This document shows positions 1 to 9,785 of a stretch of 64,000 nucleotides of DNA, one piece after another. The notes beneath the pieces are model-generated. The model did no database searches and was not told the origin of the DNA. It saw nothing but the letters and a program-made list of their open reading frames with translations. The translations under genes were made by a program, and so were the position numbers. This DNA is from a virus (Duplodnaviria; Caudoviricetes): IMG/VR virus record IMGVR_UViG_2030936005_000025, positions 160,001 through 224,000 of that record; one strand, 5' to 3'. Positions within the stretch are counted from its first letter, which is position 1. Every line of letters begins with the position of its first letter.

Positions 1-1199
1 GAGATGAAGCGACCGTCTTCAGCCAGACGACGTACACGGATCATGCCATTCTGCTGCTGGAACTTATATTCATAAATCCCGTTGCCCTGAGAATATTCAC
101 AACCAATGTAAGTCTCGCCTGCCAACGTTGCTGGGATCGGTGGCGCACCACTAGTAGACTGGTTATTCTGCTGTTGGTGCTGTTGTTGCTGTGGCTGAGA
201 GCTGCCAGTGTTGAACATACCCAGCGCCGGGTTGAAGCTGCTGATACGATTGGTATTGATCGAGCTTGCTGTTTCTGGTGCAGAGGTCAGATTATAGTTG
301 TTATAATCCAACGCCGGAATCAGAGATTTCAGTTCGCCGATCTCATCCAGATCAGAGATCCAATCCAGGTCGATACCATAGATACCGATAGAATCGAACT
401 CTTTACGGAACTTACCGATCAGAGCATTCAGATCAGAAGCGACCAGACCATAGGAGTGCAGATATGCAATCAGACGTGCTGCATCCGGAGACGTAGAAGA
501 ATACTTCTTACGGCTTGGATCGATACACGCCGGCAGCGCCATTTCGAACAATGCGATCACGGTGTTCAGTGCTTGCATAGAAACATTCAGGCCGTTGAAG
601 CTGATACGGTCAGATGGTTTCAGATGTTCGTTCTGGCTCACTACACGATACAGTTCACCATAGAACGGGAAACTTGGCGTCGCAGTATAATACGCCGTTT
701 CGTCGTTGTCGGTTTTACCGCCTTTGATCAGCGAGAAGTTAATCAGACGAGAATCGATACCCTGATCTTCAACATCGATCGAGATGGTTTTGATCACATC
801 ATACACTTCCTGCTTGGCTGCTTTGGTGATGGTTTTGAATGGCTCCATCTGCTCCAGCATTTTACCGCTCAGTGTCTTGCCACTTTTCTTGGATGCCACA
901 GTGACCAGCACATCGAAGATTGGTTGGAAGACAGAATACAGTTTAGCCGCAGTCAGCTTACGAACCACTTTGAAGACTTCGGTCTCTTTGGACATGATAG
1001 ATTCACATGCCGGATGGAAGAAGACTTTACCGATGGTCACGCCGTTCAGGTTTTCGGAAGTTGGCAGATAGGTTTGTTTACCGTCTACCTTTACTGGAAC
1101 ATCGACGCCAGACATGTTCAGCACGATGGCGTGGTCATCGTTGAACTTACAACCCCAGGACTTCAGCATGGCTTCATACAGTTTGTTCAATTTGTTCAT
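1..1199 (-). CDS. phiKZ gp70-like conserved protein (partial, runs off the left edge; absent from the ORF track)
   Basis: ATG at 1199 overlaps the TGA of the upstream gene (ATGA). It reads MNKLNKLYEAMLKSWGCKF... open to the edge, with a Q/N-rich patch near 160-200. It follows the gp68/gp69-like genes. Confidence 0.75.
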   Translation of the reverse strand, partial: MNKLNKLYEAMLKSWGCKFNDDHAIVLNMSGVDVPVKVDGKQTYLPTSENLNGVTIGKVFFHPACESIMSKETEVFKVVRKLTAAKLYSVFQPIFDVLVTVASKKSGKTLSGKMLEQMEPFKTITKAAKQEVYDVIKTISIDVEDQGIDSRLINFSLIKGGKTDNDETAYYTATPSFPFYGELYRVVSQNEHLKPSDRISFNGLNVSMQALNTVIALFEMALPACIDPSRKKYSSTSPDAARLIAYLHSYGLVASDLNALIGKFRKEFDSIGIYGIDLDWISDLDEIGELKSLIPALDYNNYNLTSAPETASSINTNRISSFNPALGMFNTGSSQPQQQQHQQQNNQSTSGAPPIPATLAGETYIGCEYSQGNGIYEYKFQQQNGMIRVRRLAEDGRFI

Positions 1200-2737
1200 T
1201 GGAAATAGCTCTCGATGTTAGAGAAGAAGTTAGAACCAGCAACTTGTGCCGCTTCACTGGTGCCCAGAATCGGACTGGTCGAGTTAATGGCAAAAGTCGG
1301 GAATGCACGAGTGATACCAACTTGTGCGCCGGTATCTTGCAGATCGAAACCTTGACTCAGGTTGCTGTCATTCACAAGCTGCAGATCGATAGTGGTGGTA
1401 CCGAACAGCTCGCCGCTGACGTTGAAACGGATCGGTGTCATCTGGTTGATGTTTAAACCATTCAGACGCGTAAAGATCTGAGTACGCAGTGCTTGGACAA
1501 ATGCTTCACAACGTTGACCCAACTGGAAGTCATCTTCCTGAATTGGAGATGGTGCATACGGCAGAATAACGATGTTATCCAGACCGCCGTCGCCACCGAA
1601 GTGATCACAGTTAGAGCCTTTGAAGTTAATGCCATTCAATCCATACTTCAGCATTAAATCAAGCATGTTTGCTTCAAGCTCAGATGCAATAACTTCCGCA
1701 TAGTTAGATGTGCCAAAAACTTCGGTGTTCTGAGTCAGATCGTCTACTTGGAAATCAGCAGCGTTCATGAAAGTCAGATCCAGGACATCGTCCAGATTGT
1801 TGAAAGCCATCATCAGGTCAGCAACAGAATAACCAGTGAAACCGCGAGACTGATGGATACCCAGCTGGTTCATCATTTCACGGAAGAACGGATCACGCAG
1901 TAACTGAGGTTCAGCTTGTTGAGCCTGATAACTGAGCACGTTCAGTTCACCGAACAGTCCATCAAACTGGGTACCCATTTCACCCATATCCATCTGGCTG
2001 TTTGCCATCAGTTTATTGGATTGGAAGTCGGTACCGGCTTTCAGGATATCAGACGCATAGTTAACCGGGTTAGTGTTTGCACGTTTAGATGCAATAACAC
2101 CTGCACGATCAATAGATGCGTTCGCTGGATTGACAACAGGTGACATACCGTCGAGCCCTTCATCTTCCATGCGTTCCAGAACACTGTCACGGCTCGCGCT
2201 TTCCAGACCATACTCGATAACGTCAGCCGGTCGGAGCGTCACAAGACGGTTGTTGTTCGAACCATCGTTAAACATGTAGTCAGTACGACCACCGATTTGA
2301 CGCTGAATGCTGGTTGGGTTTTCGATATCACCGAAGTTACTGGTAATCGTTTCCTGAGTCTTCCAGGACATGACCGGATGGAAGATCGCATCTGAACTTA
2401 ATCCGTCCAGCGTTTGGTTGTTGGAGATATACCCCAGCACGTTCATGTACTCAACCAGTACAGGACTGTCCTGAACAATGAGCTTGAGTAACATCAAGCC
2501 TTTGGATTCATTCCAGCCACCCTGGATAGAGGCATAGTCGGTTGCCTGAGCATTAAGGCCGCCAGACATGACGGCGGTATGCAGCAGTGTAGAACCTTTA
2601 ACACCACCATTATGATTCTCATACGTCAATTGATCGATCAGCTGACTGTTGATATCCATCGCTGGGTTACGAACAACCTGGTTATGATAATAGTTGGTGA
2701 GACCTGCTTTTGCACTGACTAACTGAATACCGCTCAT
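1196..2737 (-). CDS. picA: phiKZ gp69-like protein (putative PicA/Imp1 nuclear-import factor)
   Basis: 513 aa, directly after the gp68-like gene in the chimallivirus core block. Call rests mainly on synteny and size. Confidence 0.6.
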   Translation of the reverse strand: MSGIQLVSAKAGLTNYYHNQVVRNPAMDINSQLIDQLTYENHNGGVKGSTLLHTAVMSGGLNAQATDYASIQGGWNESKGLMLLKLIVQDSPVLVEYMNVLGYISNNQTLDGLSSDAIFHPVMSWKTQETITSNFGDIENPTSIQRQIGGRTDYMFNDGSNNNRLVTLRPADVIEYGLESASRDSVLERMEDEGLDGMSPVVNPANASIDRAGVIASKRANTNPVNYASDILKAGTDFQSNKLMANSQMDMGEMGTQFDGLFGELNVLSYQAQQAEPQLLRDPFFREMMNQLGIHQSRGFTGYSVADLMMAFNNLDDVLDLTFMNAADFQVDDLTQNTEVFGTSNYAEVIASELEANMLDLMLKYGLNGINFKGSNCDHFGGDGGLDNIVILPYAPSPIQEDDFQLGQRCEAFVQALRTQIFTRLNGLNINQMTPIRFNVSGELFGTTTIDLQLVNDSNLSQGFDLQDTGAQVGITRAFPTFAINSTSPILGTSEAAQVAGSNFFSNIESYFQ

Positions 2738-2739
2738 AA

Positions 2740-4371
2740 TTATTCAACCTCTAAAGTATTTGCAATTTTAATAAGTTCGATAAGTTCACGCTTGATGGCA
2801 GGAAGCAGATCAACCTGATACATTTGACCAGTTGACATCAACGCCACGAATTGTTCATCACCGAGGAGACCAGGTTCAATAGTAGAATCCCAGCCAGATG
2901 CACTTAACTCATCGAGAAGGTCTGTAACCGCCTTCACCAGAATGTTATCAGTGCTGGATGTAGATTGTCCGACATAAATGTCACACAGTTCTACGAGTGC
3001 GTCACGATCTTTGGTATTGAGCTTAAAGTCATCATCCAGATAAACCGGTGGATAACTTGGGTTGCGCACAATCGAACACAACTGTGCTAAATGCTCGAAT
3101 CCCATTTCAAACAGTTTTACCTGAGCCAGACAGATGGCCGCCATTAACTGATCATACTTCAATGCCGGATACAATGAATAATTGATATCCTCAGCAAAGG
3201 TCAGTTCCAGCAGTTTCAGGTGAACGCCGGTTAAACGGAAGCTCCAGATACGTGGCAGAGTGTTGAATAGTTTCTCAGCCAACTTCTGGTTCTTGATACC
3301 AAACCCCAGACATTGATAATAGAAGAAGTCTTTGCTTTTCTTCACCCACTGTGTTTCTGGGTTACCGAAGGCGTCACGACCCATCTCTTCATTATACATG
3401 TCGAAGGTGAAATACTCAGCCTGAGCAATTTCATCAGTACCGTTTACCGCCTGAGTAATACGATAGCTTTCCGGGATCGACTGATCATCAGAACCTGGTT
3501 TTGGATCGCTGTACGTTTTGAACTTCACGTCAGCTCCGCCACGAATCTCACCTTCAACCAGCGAGTTCAGTTCTTTCGATAAGTTCTTACCGTTGATCTT
3601 ACTTGGCAAGAATGTCAGACACAGTTTGTTGAACAGACCTTTATAAATGATGTTGTTGATATACTTCACATCACTTACAACGGCGATACTGTTGCGACGT
3701 GCTTCCTGACGCATACAAGATGCGCGGACATACGTTTCCAGAATCTGCCAACCCGGCATTTCAGTCAGCGGTTTGATCTTAGAGATCAGAAACTCACCGG
3801 CCACTGCGTCTTTGTTATCTTTACCCGCCATGATCGAAACATGATCGACAAGCTGGTTGATAATTGGGAAACACAGTTGTGTTGCAAATGCCTGCTTAAC
3901 CAGTTCAACATACTTGCGTTCATCGATTGTTGTTTCTTCTGGATAGTCGCCCAGTTGAGACATCGCCATCAGATCTTTCGGTGGATTGGTTCGTCCGGTT
4001 ACGACTGCACCATAAACGATTTCCGACGGTGGAAAGACGCGATAGATTTCGTTAACAACATCTTCGAGTTTTTCGGTCAGGAACTTATAGTCCTGATTAT
4101 ATTTGCGAAGTTCACTGAGTTCTTCAGTTTCTGCTTCATCAAAGTAACCCGGAGCCAGAATACGTTTACCCGCTTTGAGCAGCTGCCAGAGTTTATCGAG
4201 TTTCTCCTGAGAACAGCTCTGAAAGAATTCATTCAGATATTCAAACAGTTCTTGGTTGGCGTCGCCACCATTTACTTTCTGCCCACCGGTAAAGATCATC
4301 GTCTCACCGTTGTGCAATACCTCAATACCGTCAATATTCTTTTTACCCGACATACGAGTAAGATATTGCAT
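2740..4371 (-). CDS. non-virion RNA polymerase promoter-specificity subunit (phiKZ gp68-like)
   Basis: 543 aa, between the SSB-like and PicA-like genes, with an upstream early-type promoter motif. Synteny and size. Confidence 0.7.
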   Translation of the reverse strand: MQYLTRMSGKKNIDGIEVLHNGETMIFTGGQKVNGGDANQELFEYLNEFFQSCSQEKLDKLWQLLKAGKRILAPGYFDEAETEELSELRKYNQDYKFLTEKLEDVVNEIYRVFPPSEIVYGAVVTGRTNPPKDLMAMSQLGDYPEETTIDERKYVELVKQAFATQLCFPIINQLVDHVSIMAGKDNKDAVAGEFLISKIKPLTEMPGWQILETYVRASCMRQEARRNSIAVVSDVKYINNIIYKGLFNKLCLTFLPSKINGKNLSKELNSLVEGEIRGGADVKFKTYSDPKPGSDDQSIPESYRITQAVNGTDEIAQAEYFTFDMYNEEMGRDAFGNPETQWVKKSKDFFYYQCLGFGIKNQKLAEKLFNTLPRIWSFRLTGVHLKLLELTFAEDINYSLYPALKYDQLMAAICLAQVKLFEMGFEHLAQLCSIVRNPSYPPVYLDDDFKLNTKDRDALVELCDIYVGQSTSSTDNILVKAVTDLLDELSASGWDSTIEPGLLGDEQFVALMSTGQMYQVDLLPAIKRELIELIKIANTLEVE

Positions 4372-4409
4372 AGTTCTTCTCCAATAACTATTATAGGTTA
4401 TACACGCTA

Positions 4410-4426
4410 ATAATATCTGTTCAAGA
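4410..4426 (-). promoter_or_regulatory. early-type promoter motif
   Basis: Minus strand TCTTGAACAGATATTAT, matching the recurring motif. Confidence 0.5.
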
Positions 4427-4503
4427 TTATTTAGAACGGTATAAAAGAGACGTTAGCTTAGCTATTAATTGTGGCTGTTGTTTTTATTAATATTGCATAT
4501 ATA

Positions 4504-4533
4504 GACCTCCTAACCCGTGAAGGTTAGGAGGTC
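4504..4533 (-). terminator. intrinsic terminator-like hairpin
   Basis: gacctcctaacc-cgtgaa-ggttaggaggtc just after the SSB-like gene. Confidence 0.7.
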
Positions 4534-4552
4534 ATTTAGTTTATGTTACTGC

Positions 4553-5332
4553 TTAGAAATCGATGTCATCATCGAAGTCAGGGGTCTGCGCTTGGCGAGT
4601 CTGTCCGCCACCGCTGTTACCACCACCATTTCCGTTCCAGTTTGAACCGCCGCCCTGGTTGCCGCCTGAGTTGTTGTTGCCACCCCAGTTGTTTCCCCCG
4701 CGGTTGTTATTACCACCGTTGTCGCCACCTTTCTTCTCACGAGGTTTGAAGTTGTTGAACTCGTAATCTTCCAGGAAGCGTTTGGAGAAGTCGATAAACG
4801 CTTTGGCGTAGACACGTGACATCAGGCCACGGTTCTCAACCGGTTCGCCACCGTCAGCACTTGCCATCAGGATTACTGAGTCAAATGGAGAGGTGAACGG
4901 GAACATAACTTTGTAAGTACCCTTGGTGTAACCGACCAGGATACGACCTTCGTTATCACGGATAATGGTAAAGGTAGCCAGCGTTGATGGATGATCGTTC
5001 ATACGACCGCCCTGACCGAATACCGTTTTCTTAACCAGGTACTGAGACTTGGTGAAGTTAGGGTTACGGATCGCTTCTTCCATCAGACCGAAGATAGCGC
5101 CGCGGTCGAATACAGAGAGCTCGACTTCTTTGCTCTTAGCATTCTTGTCTTGCTGCCCCCAGACACCGTCGTTGACTTTGAAATAGATGTTACCGTTCAG
5201 GCCACACTCCCAGGTCCAGCGGGCTGGATACTTGGCACCTTCAACCGGCTTGTCTGAAGTTGGCATCGGATAACGGAAATCGTTGAACATGGTCTGTGGG
5301 CGACGTTGTACTTGTTCTTGTGGGAAAGACAT
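4553..5332 (-). CDS. putative single-stranded DNA-binding protein (phiKZ gp67-like)
   Basis: G/N-rich disordered linker and acidic C-terminus DFDDDIDF; synteny. Confidence 0.7.
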   Translation of the reverse strand: MSFPQEQVQRRPQTMFNDFRYPMPTSDKPVEGAKYPARWTWECGLNGNIYFKVNDGVWGQQDKNAKSKEVELSVFDRGAIFGLMEEAIRNPNFTKSQYLVKKTVFGQGGRMNDHPSTLATFTIIRDNEGRILVGYTKGTYKVMFPFTSPFDSVILMASADGGEPVENRGLMSRVYAKAFIDFSKRFLEDYEFNNFKPREKKGGDNGGNNNRGGNNWGGNNNSGGNQGGGSNWNGNGGGNSGGGQTRQAQTPDFDDDIDF

Positions 5333-5347
5333 GGTGTATTCCTTTTA

Positions 5348-6145
5348 TTAAATCATTTTCAATAGGATTTCTTTCTCTGGACTGTTGTTCAGAGACCGGA
5401 TAGATCGTGCAACCATTTGCGGAGTAGAAGCCGTGCTCCAATGTGCTACATCTGCAAGTTGCTTGACTTCATTCTTTACAGCAATAGACTGAGAATAGAA
5501 GTTAATCGAGTTGTCCCCAAAGATTTGAATAGTTAATGTATTCATGGGGATGTTTGTCAATTTATCTGAACCCGTGAGCTTAGTATAGAACTGTGTGTAA
5601 TTCTTTATTGCTCCAGTGTGGGACTCAAGCAAGTTAAGTCGGCCGTAGGCTTTTGTCGTGACCAGGTCAACAGGATGACTGGTTAAGATTAAAGCTTGTC
5701 CAGCAAACTCAGGGATTACACTATCAACGTGGTTGATGTTCTTACCAAACTCAGGCAGAAGTTTATCAATAACGCTCTTGTCGAGCTGAGCAATTTCCTT
5801 CTGCTTGTCAGTTCCGTCCTTCTCTACATTCTTAAGCTTGGCCAATGGAAACAGCGCCGGAAGTCTCCGGTACGATGGATAGTAAAACTTGATATCCAGA
5901 TCTGTTTTCAATTTCAAAGCAACGATCGCTTCAGCCAACCCAATGATATCCTCTTTACATGCTTGATACAGTTCAGAGGGTGTTGGGACATATTGATCAT
6001 AAGCTTGTCGAGCATTACGAACAATGGTTCTTAGATTGATGAGAAAGGAATGGTATTTATACATCGGGACATTGGGTAATGCCTCCAATGCTAAAGCAGT
6101 ACCCACACTTATGGGTACCGTACCTTTAGTCCTTTCAACTGCCAT
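5348..6145 (-). CDS. conserved protein, phiKZ gp66-like (possible nuclease fold)
   Basis: 265 aa between the SbcD-like and SSB-like genes; SVGTALALE N-terminal motif; synteny. Confidence 0.55.
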   Translation of the reverse strand: MAVERTKGTVPISVGTALALEALPNVPMYKYHSFLINLRTIVRNARQAYDQYVPTPSELYQACKEDIIGLAEAIVALKLKTDLDIKFYYPSYRRLPALFPLAKLKNVEKDGTDKQKEIAQLDKSVIDKLLPEFGKNINHVDSVIPEFAGQALILTSHPVDLVTTKAYGRLNLLESHTGAIKNYTQFYTKLTGSDKLTNIPMNTLTIQIFGDNSINFYSQSIAVKNEVKQLADVAHWSTASTPQMVARSIRSLNNSPEKEILLKMI

Positions 6146-7271
6146 TCATGACCTCGTCGAGTAAGTCCGCTAACATGTCACGATCAATGTCGTCATTCTG
6201 TTGAAGCGTGGATTCCATAAAGTTAAACAAACTATCCTTAAGGTTTCCATGGGTCAATGCCACACCGTTATACATTTCGGGAATGTACAGTGTATCATCG
6301 ATCTCGATGTTGTCCTCTTTAACATTCTCTAAGTCAAACGCGTATTGCGGATATTGCTCTTTGAAGTCATTAATCAGAGGTGTGGTAACAGATGACAATC
6401 CACCCACTAAACGAATGTGAGTGTTCTTCGGTGGTAACTTCGCTAAGTAATTGTTCAGTTCCTTTGCGACCTGCTTTGTATCCATCTCTTTATTGATCAG
6501 GATCTTATCATAGATCAGTGCGTTCTTGTTTTCCCAGAACTCAGCTTTGAAATCCTTGTCGTTAAACTCAAAACGATAAGCACCTTTTGGATGCATCTCA
6601 CCATGTGCGGTACGGTCAAATGAACCGGCACAATAAATGTTGAATCGTGTTGAGGGTTTGTGAATATGTCCGCTGAAGATGGCGTGCTTAGCTAACGCAC
6701 TCCACTTAACAGAATCATACAACGCACCTTTCTTGTTTGCCATTGGTGGAAGTTGATAATCAAACCCACCGTGCAAGAAGATGAAGTCTACCTGAGTCAG
6801 GTTCCACTCAGCCAATAACTTCAGGGCATTGTCGTAAATGATATCTGTAGATGTGTGACCGAAGTTATCCGGTACATACATACAGTGAATCTTCAACTCA
6901 GGAATGTACTCAATACTCAAGGTATTAATGTACTTGATATAAGGACTGTCCTTTGGCTTCAAGATATCAAAGCACTCAGGTTGCCCCCAATCGTGGGAAG
7001 AGGTTCCTTCCAGGACTCTGACATGAACTTTATTATCATGGCAGATTTGCAAGTGTTTCTTAATCCAACGATGACAGAGCATCATGTTTGGATCATTGGC
7101 CGGTGCTAAGTCGTGGAAGAAATCCCCATTCAGCACATTCAGATCAATCTCTGCCAGATTCGTTTCTTTATAGTAGAACGTATCCAGGTTGTTAAGAATA
7201 TGCCGCGTGGGAGTATTCGGGTGTATGGTGTGGTGATCGGTTGTTAAAACCGCTTTAAACATCTTTTTCAT
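6135..7271 (-). CDS. SbcD/Mre11-like metallophosphoesterase nuclease
   Basis: Motifs TDHH, GDFFH, GTSSHD, FLHGG, GHIH. Confidence 0.88.
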   Translation of the reverse strand: MKKMFKAVLTTDHHTIHPNTPTRHILNNLDTFYYKETNLAEIDLNVLNGDFFHDLAPANDPNMMLCHRWIKKHLQICHDNKVHVRVLEGTSSHDWGQPECFDILKPKDSPYIKYINTLSIEYIPELKIHCMYVPDNFGHTSTDIIYDNALKLLAEWNLTQVDFIFLHGGFDYQLPPMANKKGALYDSVKWSALAKHAIFSGHIHKPSTRFNIYCAGSFDRTAHGEMHPKGAYRFEFNDKDFKAEFWENKNALIYDKILINKEMDTKQVAKELNNYLAKLPPKNTHIRLVGGLSSVTTPLINDFKEQYPQYAFDLENVKEDNIEIDDTLYIPEMYNGVALTHGNLKDSLFNFMESTLQQNDDIDRDMLADLLDEVMNGS

Positions 7272-7296
7272 TTTGTTCCTTACACCCGAAATACTG

Positions 7297-8097
7297 TTAG
7301 TCAGCTAACGGGTCGAATTCTTTATCAGGTTCGGAAGAAGTTTTGGTTTCTACTGTATTGCTTCCGTCGTTGAATTTAAATTCATGACCTGTTGATGCTG
7401 TAACTTCGGAGATCAGTTTCTTTTCATTGAAAGACAAAGTCTGACCGGTTGCATTACGATTGATGATACTTTCCAGTTGATCCAACAGTTGATCGTTACC
7501 ATTGATAGGTAATCCCTGATACGTTGCAGTATCACGCAGGTAGATGAACTGCTTAAGAGCTGCTGGGTTAACACCGTGACGCTGATAGTATTCATGCGGA
7601 ATCATCATGGTCAGGGTATCGTACTCAGGGTTCTGTTCGGTCAGCTTCTCAACGATATTGGTCAGCTCATTCAGAGTTGCATCCACTTCTGCTTTGTTCG
7701 GGTTGAACTTGGCATTAGCACCCATGGTACGAACATAATACTCCAGATAGCTCTGGTTGTTTACGCTCATGTCCATGTCGATGAACTTACGGATAACCAG
7801 AACCGGTTCTTTATCCTCGTTCAGGATAATGGCACCTTTGGTATAACCATCAGTCATACGGAACCAGGCATCTTGGTTGAAGTAGTTCTTATCGTTAATA
7901 AAACCGATAGCGAACTGAGTCAGCCAGTTCTGAACGAAATACTCTTCTTCCATCAAGATATATTCAGCGAACTCACCATCCGGTAACTGGATGATCTTCT
8001 TGCCGCTAATTTCCATTGCGCGAACAGAGCGCAGAAACTCTAAAAGCTTTCCGTGTTTCTGTTGGTCGATATTCTCAAAATCAGTTTCATTTGCCAT
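7297..8097 (-). CDS. hypothetical protein
   Basis: 266-aa ORF in the operon. Confidence 0.7.
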   Translation of the reverse strand: MANETDFENIDQQKHGKLLEFLRSVRAMEISGKKIIQLPDGEFAEYILMEEEYFVQNWLTQFAIGFINDKNYFNQDAWFRMTDGYTKGAIILNEDKEPVLVIRKFIDMDMSVNNQSYLEYYVRTMGANAKFNPNKAEVDATLNELTNIVEKLTEQNPEYDTLTMMIPHEYYQRHGVNPAALKQFIYLRDTATYQGLPINGNDQLLDQLESIINRNATGQTLSFNEKKLISEVTASTGHEFKFNDGSNTVETKTSSEPDKEFDPLAD

Positions 8098-8506
8098 TGT
8101 TTAACTCTCGTGCCGTATCAATAAGTTTATAACTTCCGCCTTCGACATAAACAGAACGGGCCAGATCGTATTCTTTACCATCTTGGCCAACGACACCTGA
8201 CAAGACCAATGTAAACATTTTGTCTTCTGGATTATCGCGTTGTGCATACGCATCAATAGAGGCGGTATCAAAAATTTGCAACATATACTCGTTGAGGTTT
8301 TGTTTTATTTCAGCGAGGAATGGTGCTTCACTGTTCTTATCATCCTGGTGCTTTGCAACAACGTACTGATAGGAATGGATATCACGTAAGATGATACATT
8401 GGTCAATACGGTTAGCGAACCAGTAGGCAATAGCACGGTCAATTTTAACAGCCGGTTCTTGAATCCAACCGACAGTATCCATTGTTCCTACAACACCTTT
8501 AGGCAT
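8087..8506 (-). CDS. conserved hypothetical protein (phiKZ gp62-like)
   Basis: Start revised to MPKGVVG at 8506 (GGAGA RBS, downstream of a terminator); synteny. Confidence 0.65.
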   Translation of the reverse strand: MPKGVVGTMDTVGWIQEPAVKIDRAIAYWFANRIDQCIILRDIHSYQYVVAKHQDDKNSEAPFLAEIKQNLNEYMLQIFDTASIDAYAQRDNPEDKMFTLVLSGVVGQDGKEYDLARSVYVEGGSYKLIDTARELNNGK

Positions 8507-8569
8507 TTCTTTTCTCCAATTAATAAGCTGATCAAAAGATAAAAACAAAAAAAATAAATGCATAAAGAT

Positions 8570-8597
8570 CAGGATCTCCCAATTAAGGGAGATCCTG
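8570..8597 (-). terminator. intrinsic terminator
   Basis: caggatctccc-aattaa-gggagatcctg with a minus-strand T run further downstream. Confidence 0.65.
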
Positions 8598-8602
8598 TAG
8601 TC

Positions 8603-8773
8603 TTAGGCTTTGTTACGTTTGGCCATAACTGGAGCTGGAGTAAAGATAACTTTGAAAGCATCTTTGATCTGAGTGATTCCAACATAACCAATAACAACTG
8701 CGCCGATACCACCGAAGAAAGCTGCAGCGATTGCGACGTCATCAGGAGTAGTTGAGCTGAAGAAATTAAACAT
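8603..8773 (-). CDS. small single-pass membrane protein (56 aa, absent from the ORF track)
   Basis: MFNFFSSTTPDDVAIAAAFFGGIGAVVIGYVGITQIKDAFKVIFTPAPVMAKRNKA, directly downstream of the promoter at 8827. Confidence 0.7.
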   Translation of the reverse strand: MFNFFSSTTPDDVAIAAAFFGGIGAVVIGYVGITQIKDAFKVIFTPAPVMAKRNKA

Positions 8774-8826
8774 ATGCGCCTCTCTCTATATTAAATGAGT
8801 TAAAACTGTTTAGGTTTATCACTTAA

Positions 8827-8843
8827 GTAATATAGGTCTGAAA
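8827..8843 (-). promoter_or_regulatory. early promoter (TATATTAC type)
   Basis: Minus strand TTTCAGACCTATATTAC contains the phiKZ early-promoter core TATATTAC. Confidence 0.7.
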
Positions 8844-8864
8844 CCAAATGCAGGTGAAATTGGG

Positions 8865-9587
8865 TCAGTCTTTTATTTGATCCCAAGTCTCAGAGCATAA
8901 GGTGATTGACTCTGGTAATTTCTTTTCGTCAAAGAGTTGCTTAATGATCGGGAAAGCAATCTCTGAGTCAGTACCGTATACCAGGGAAACGTGGAGCAAG
9001 AGGTCGTCGTAAGAATGTTTAAATCCTTCTTTGACCAGTTCTTTGTGTCGCTCAAGCACACCGCTGGATTCCAAGATCAGCGCACAAGAACGCCACTTAG
9101 AACCCGGCTTACCTAACATTTGCACACCGACTATCTGGCCTTTGTAGACCTTGTTAGATAATGATGGGACAATGTCTGGATTTCTTTCATCGTACATGAT
9201 CGTTGCATGAAGCTTGTTAACCGGGATTAAGTCAAGCTCCTCACAAACAGGCACGATTTCTTTATACAGTTTTGTACCGCTGGCTAAATCGACGTGTAAC
9301 TCAGCATAACCGTGATTCGACATAAGCTTTGGAACCTTTTTAATTTTTCCCGCACTCACAGCATAGAGGGCGGAGTCCAAACAATCTACAATATGACTTC
9401 CTATCAAATCTGTCTTATTCTTAAAGCGGTCTTTAAGAATTAAAAGAAGATGTTCCTCAGTCAAACCATTGGTAGAGAATTCGAACCTTGCCACACGGTT
9501 ATCGTCTTTATCGTAGACCTTGTATTGGTCCGGATGAGCAGACACCGTTCTGATACGACTATTTTCGTCCTGATGAATCGTCGCCAT
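8865..9587 (-). CDS. acb1: Acb1-like 2H phosphodiesterase with an N-terminal Tad1-like domain
   Basis: Two 2H motifs, LHATIMY and LHVSLVY, plus GFKHSYDD, resembling T4 Acb1 (IHSTICY...GATHDFDD...PHITLSY). The extra ~85-aa N-terminus carries NGLTEEHLLLILKDRF. Confidence 0.75.
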   Translation of the reverse strand: MATIHQDENSRIRTVSAHPDQYKVYDKDDNRVARFEFSTNGLTEEHLLLILKDRFKNKTDLIGSHIVDCLDSALYAVSAGKIKKVPKLMSNHGYAELHVDLASGTKLYKEIVPVCEELDLIPVNKLHATIMYDERNPDIVPSLSNKVYKGQIVGVQMLGKPGSKWRSCALILESSGVLERHKELVKEGFKHSYDDLLLHVSLVYGTDSEIAFPIIKQLFDEKKLPESITLCSETWDQIKD

Positions 9588-9750
9588 CTTTCTTTCCTGA
9601 ATGTTTGAGGATATAGGCGCGTTTCTCTTCGCGACTTAAACCCGGTGGAACTTCGATGTTTTCTTCGGCCAGCGCTTTATCCATACGCTTCTGATCAATT
9701 ACAACAATAGTACCTGCAACTTGAGATCGGCCTCGAATCATTCCTTTCAT
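9559..9750 (-). CDS. hypothetical protein
   Basis: 63-aa ORF with a GGAGA RBS. Confidence 0.6.
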   Translation of the reverse strand: MKGMIRGRSQVAGTIVVIDQKRMDKALAEENIEVPPGLSREEKRAYILKHSGKKDGDDSSGRK

Positions 9751-9785
9751 TATTTTTCTCCAACAAAAAAAAATAAAGAATAAAG

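Noticed and set aside
150-205. TGTTGC-type short repeats
   Set aside because: They encode the poly-Q/N linker of the gp70-like protein and are not an independent repeat element
174-1208. 344-aa plus-strand ORF
   Set aside because: Antisense shadow of the real minus-strand gene starting at 1199, which the track missed because it runs off the edge
8558-8755. 65-aa plus-strand ORF
   Set aside because: Antisense to the 56-aa membrane protein gene and spans a terminator
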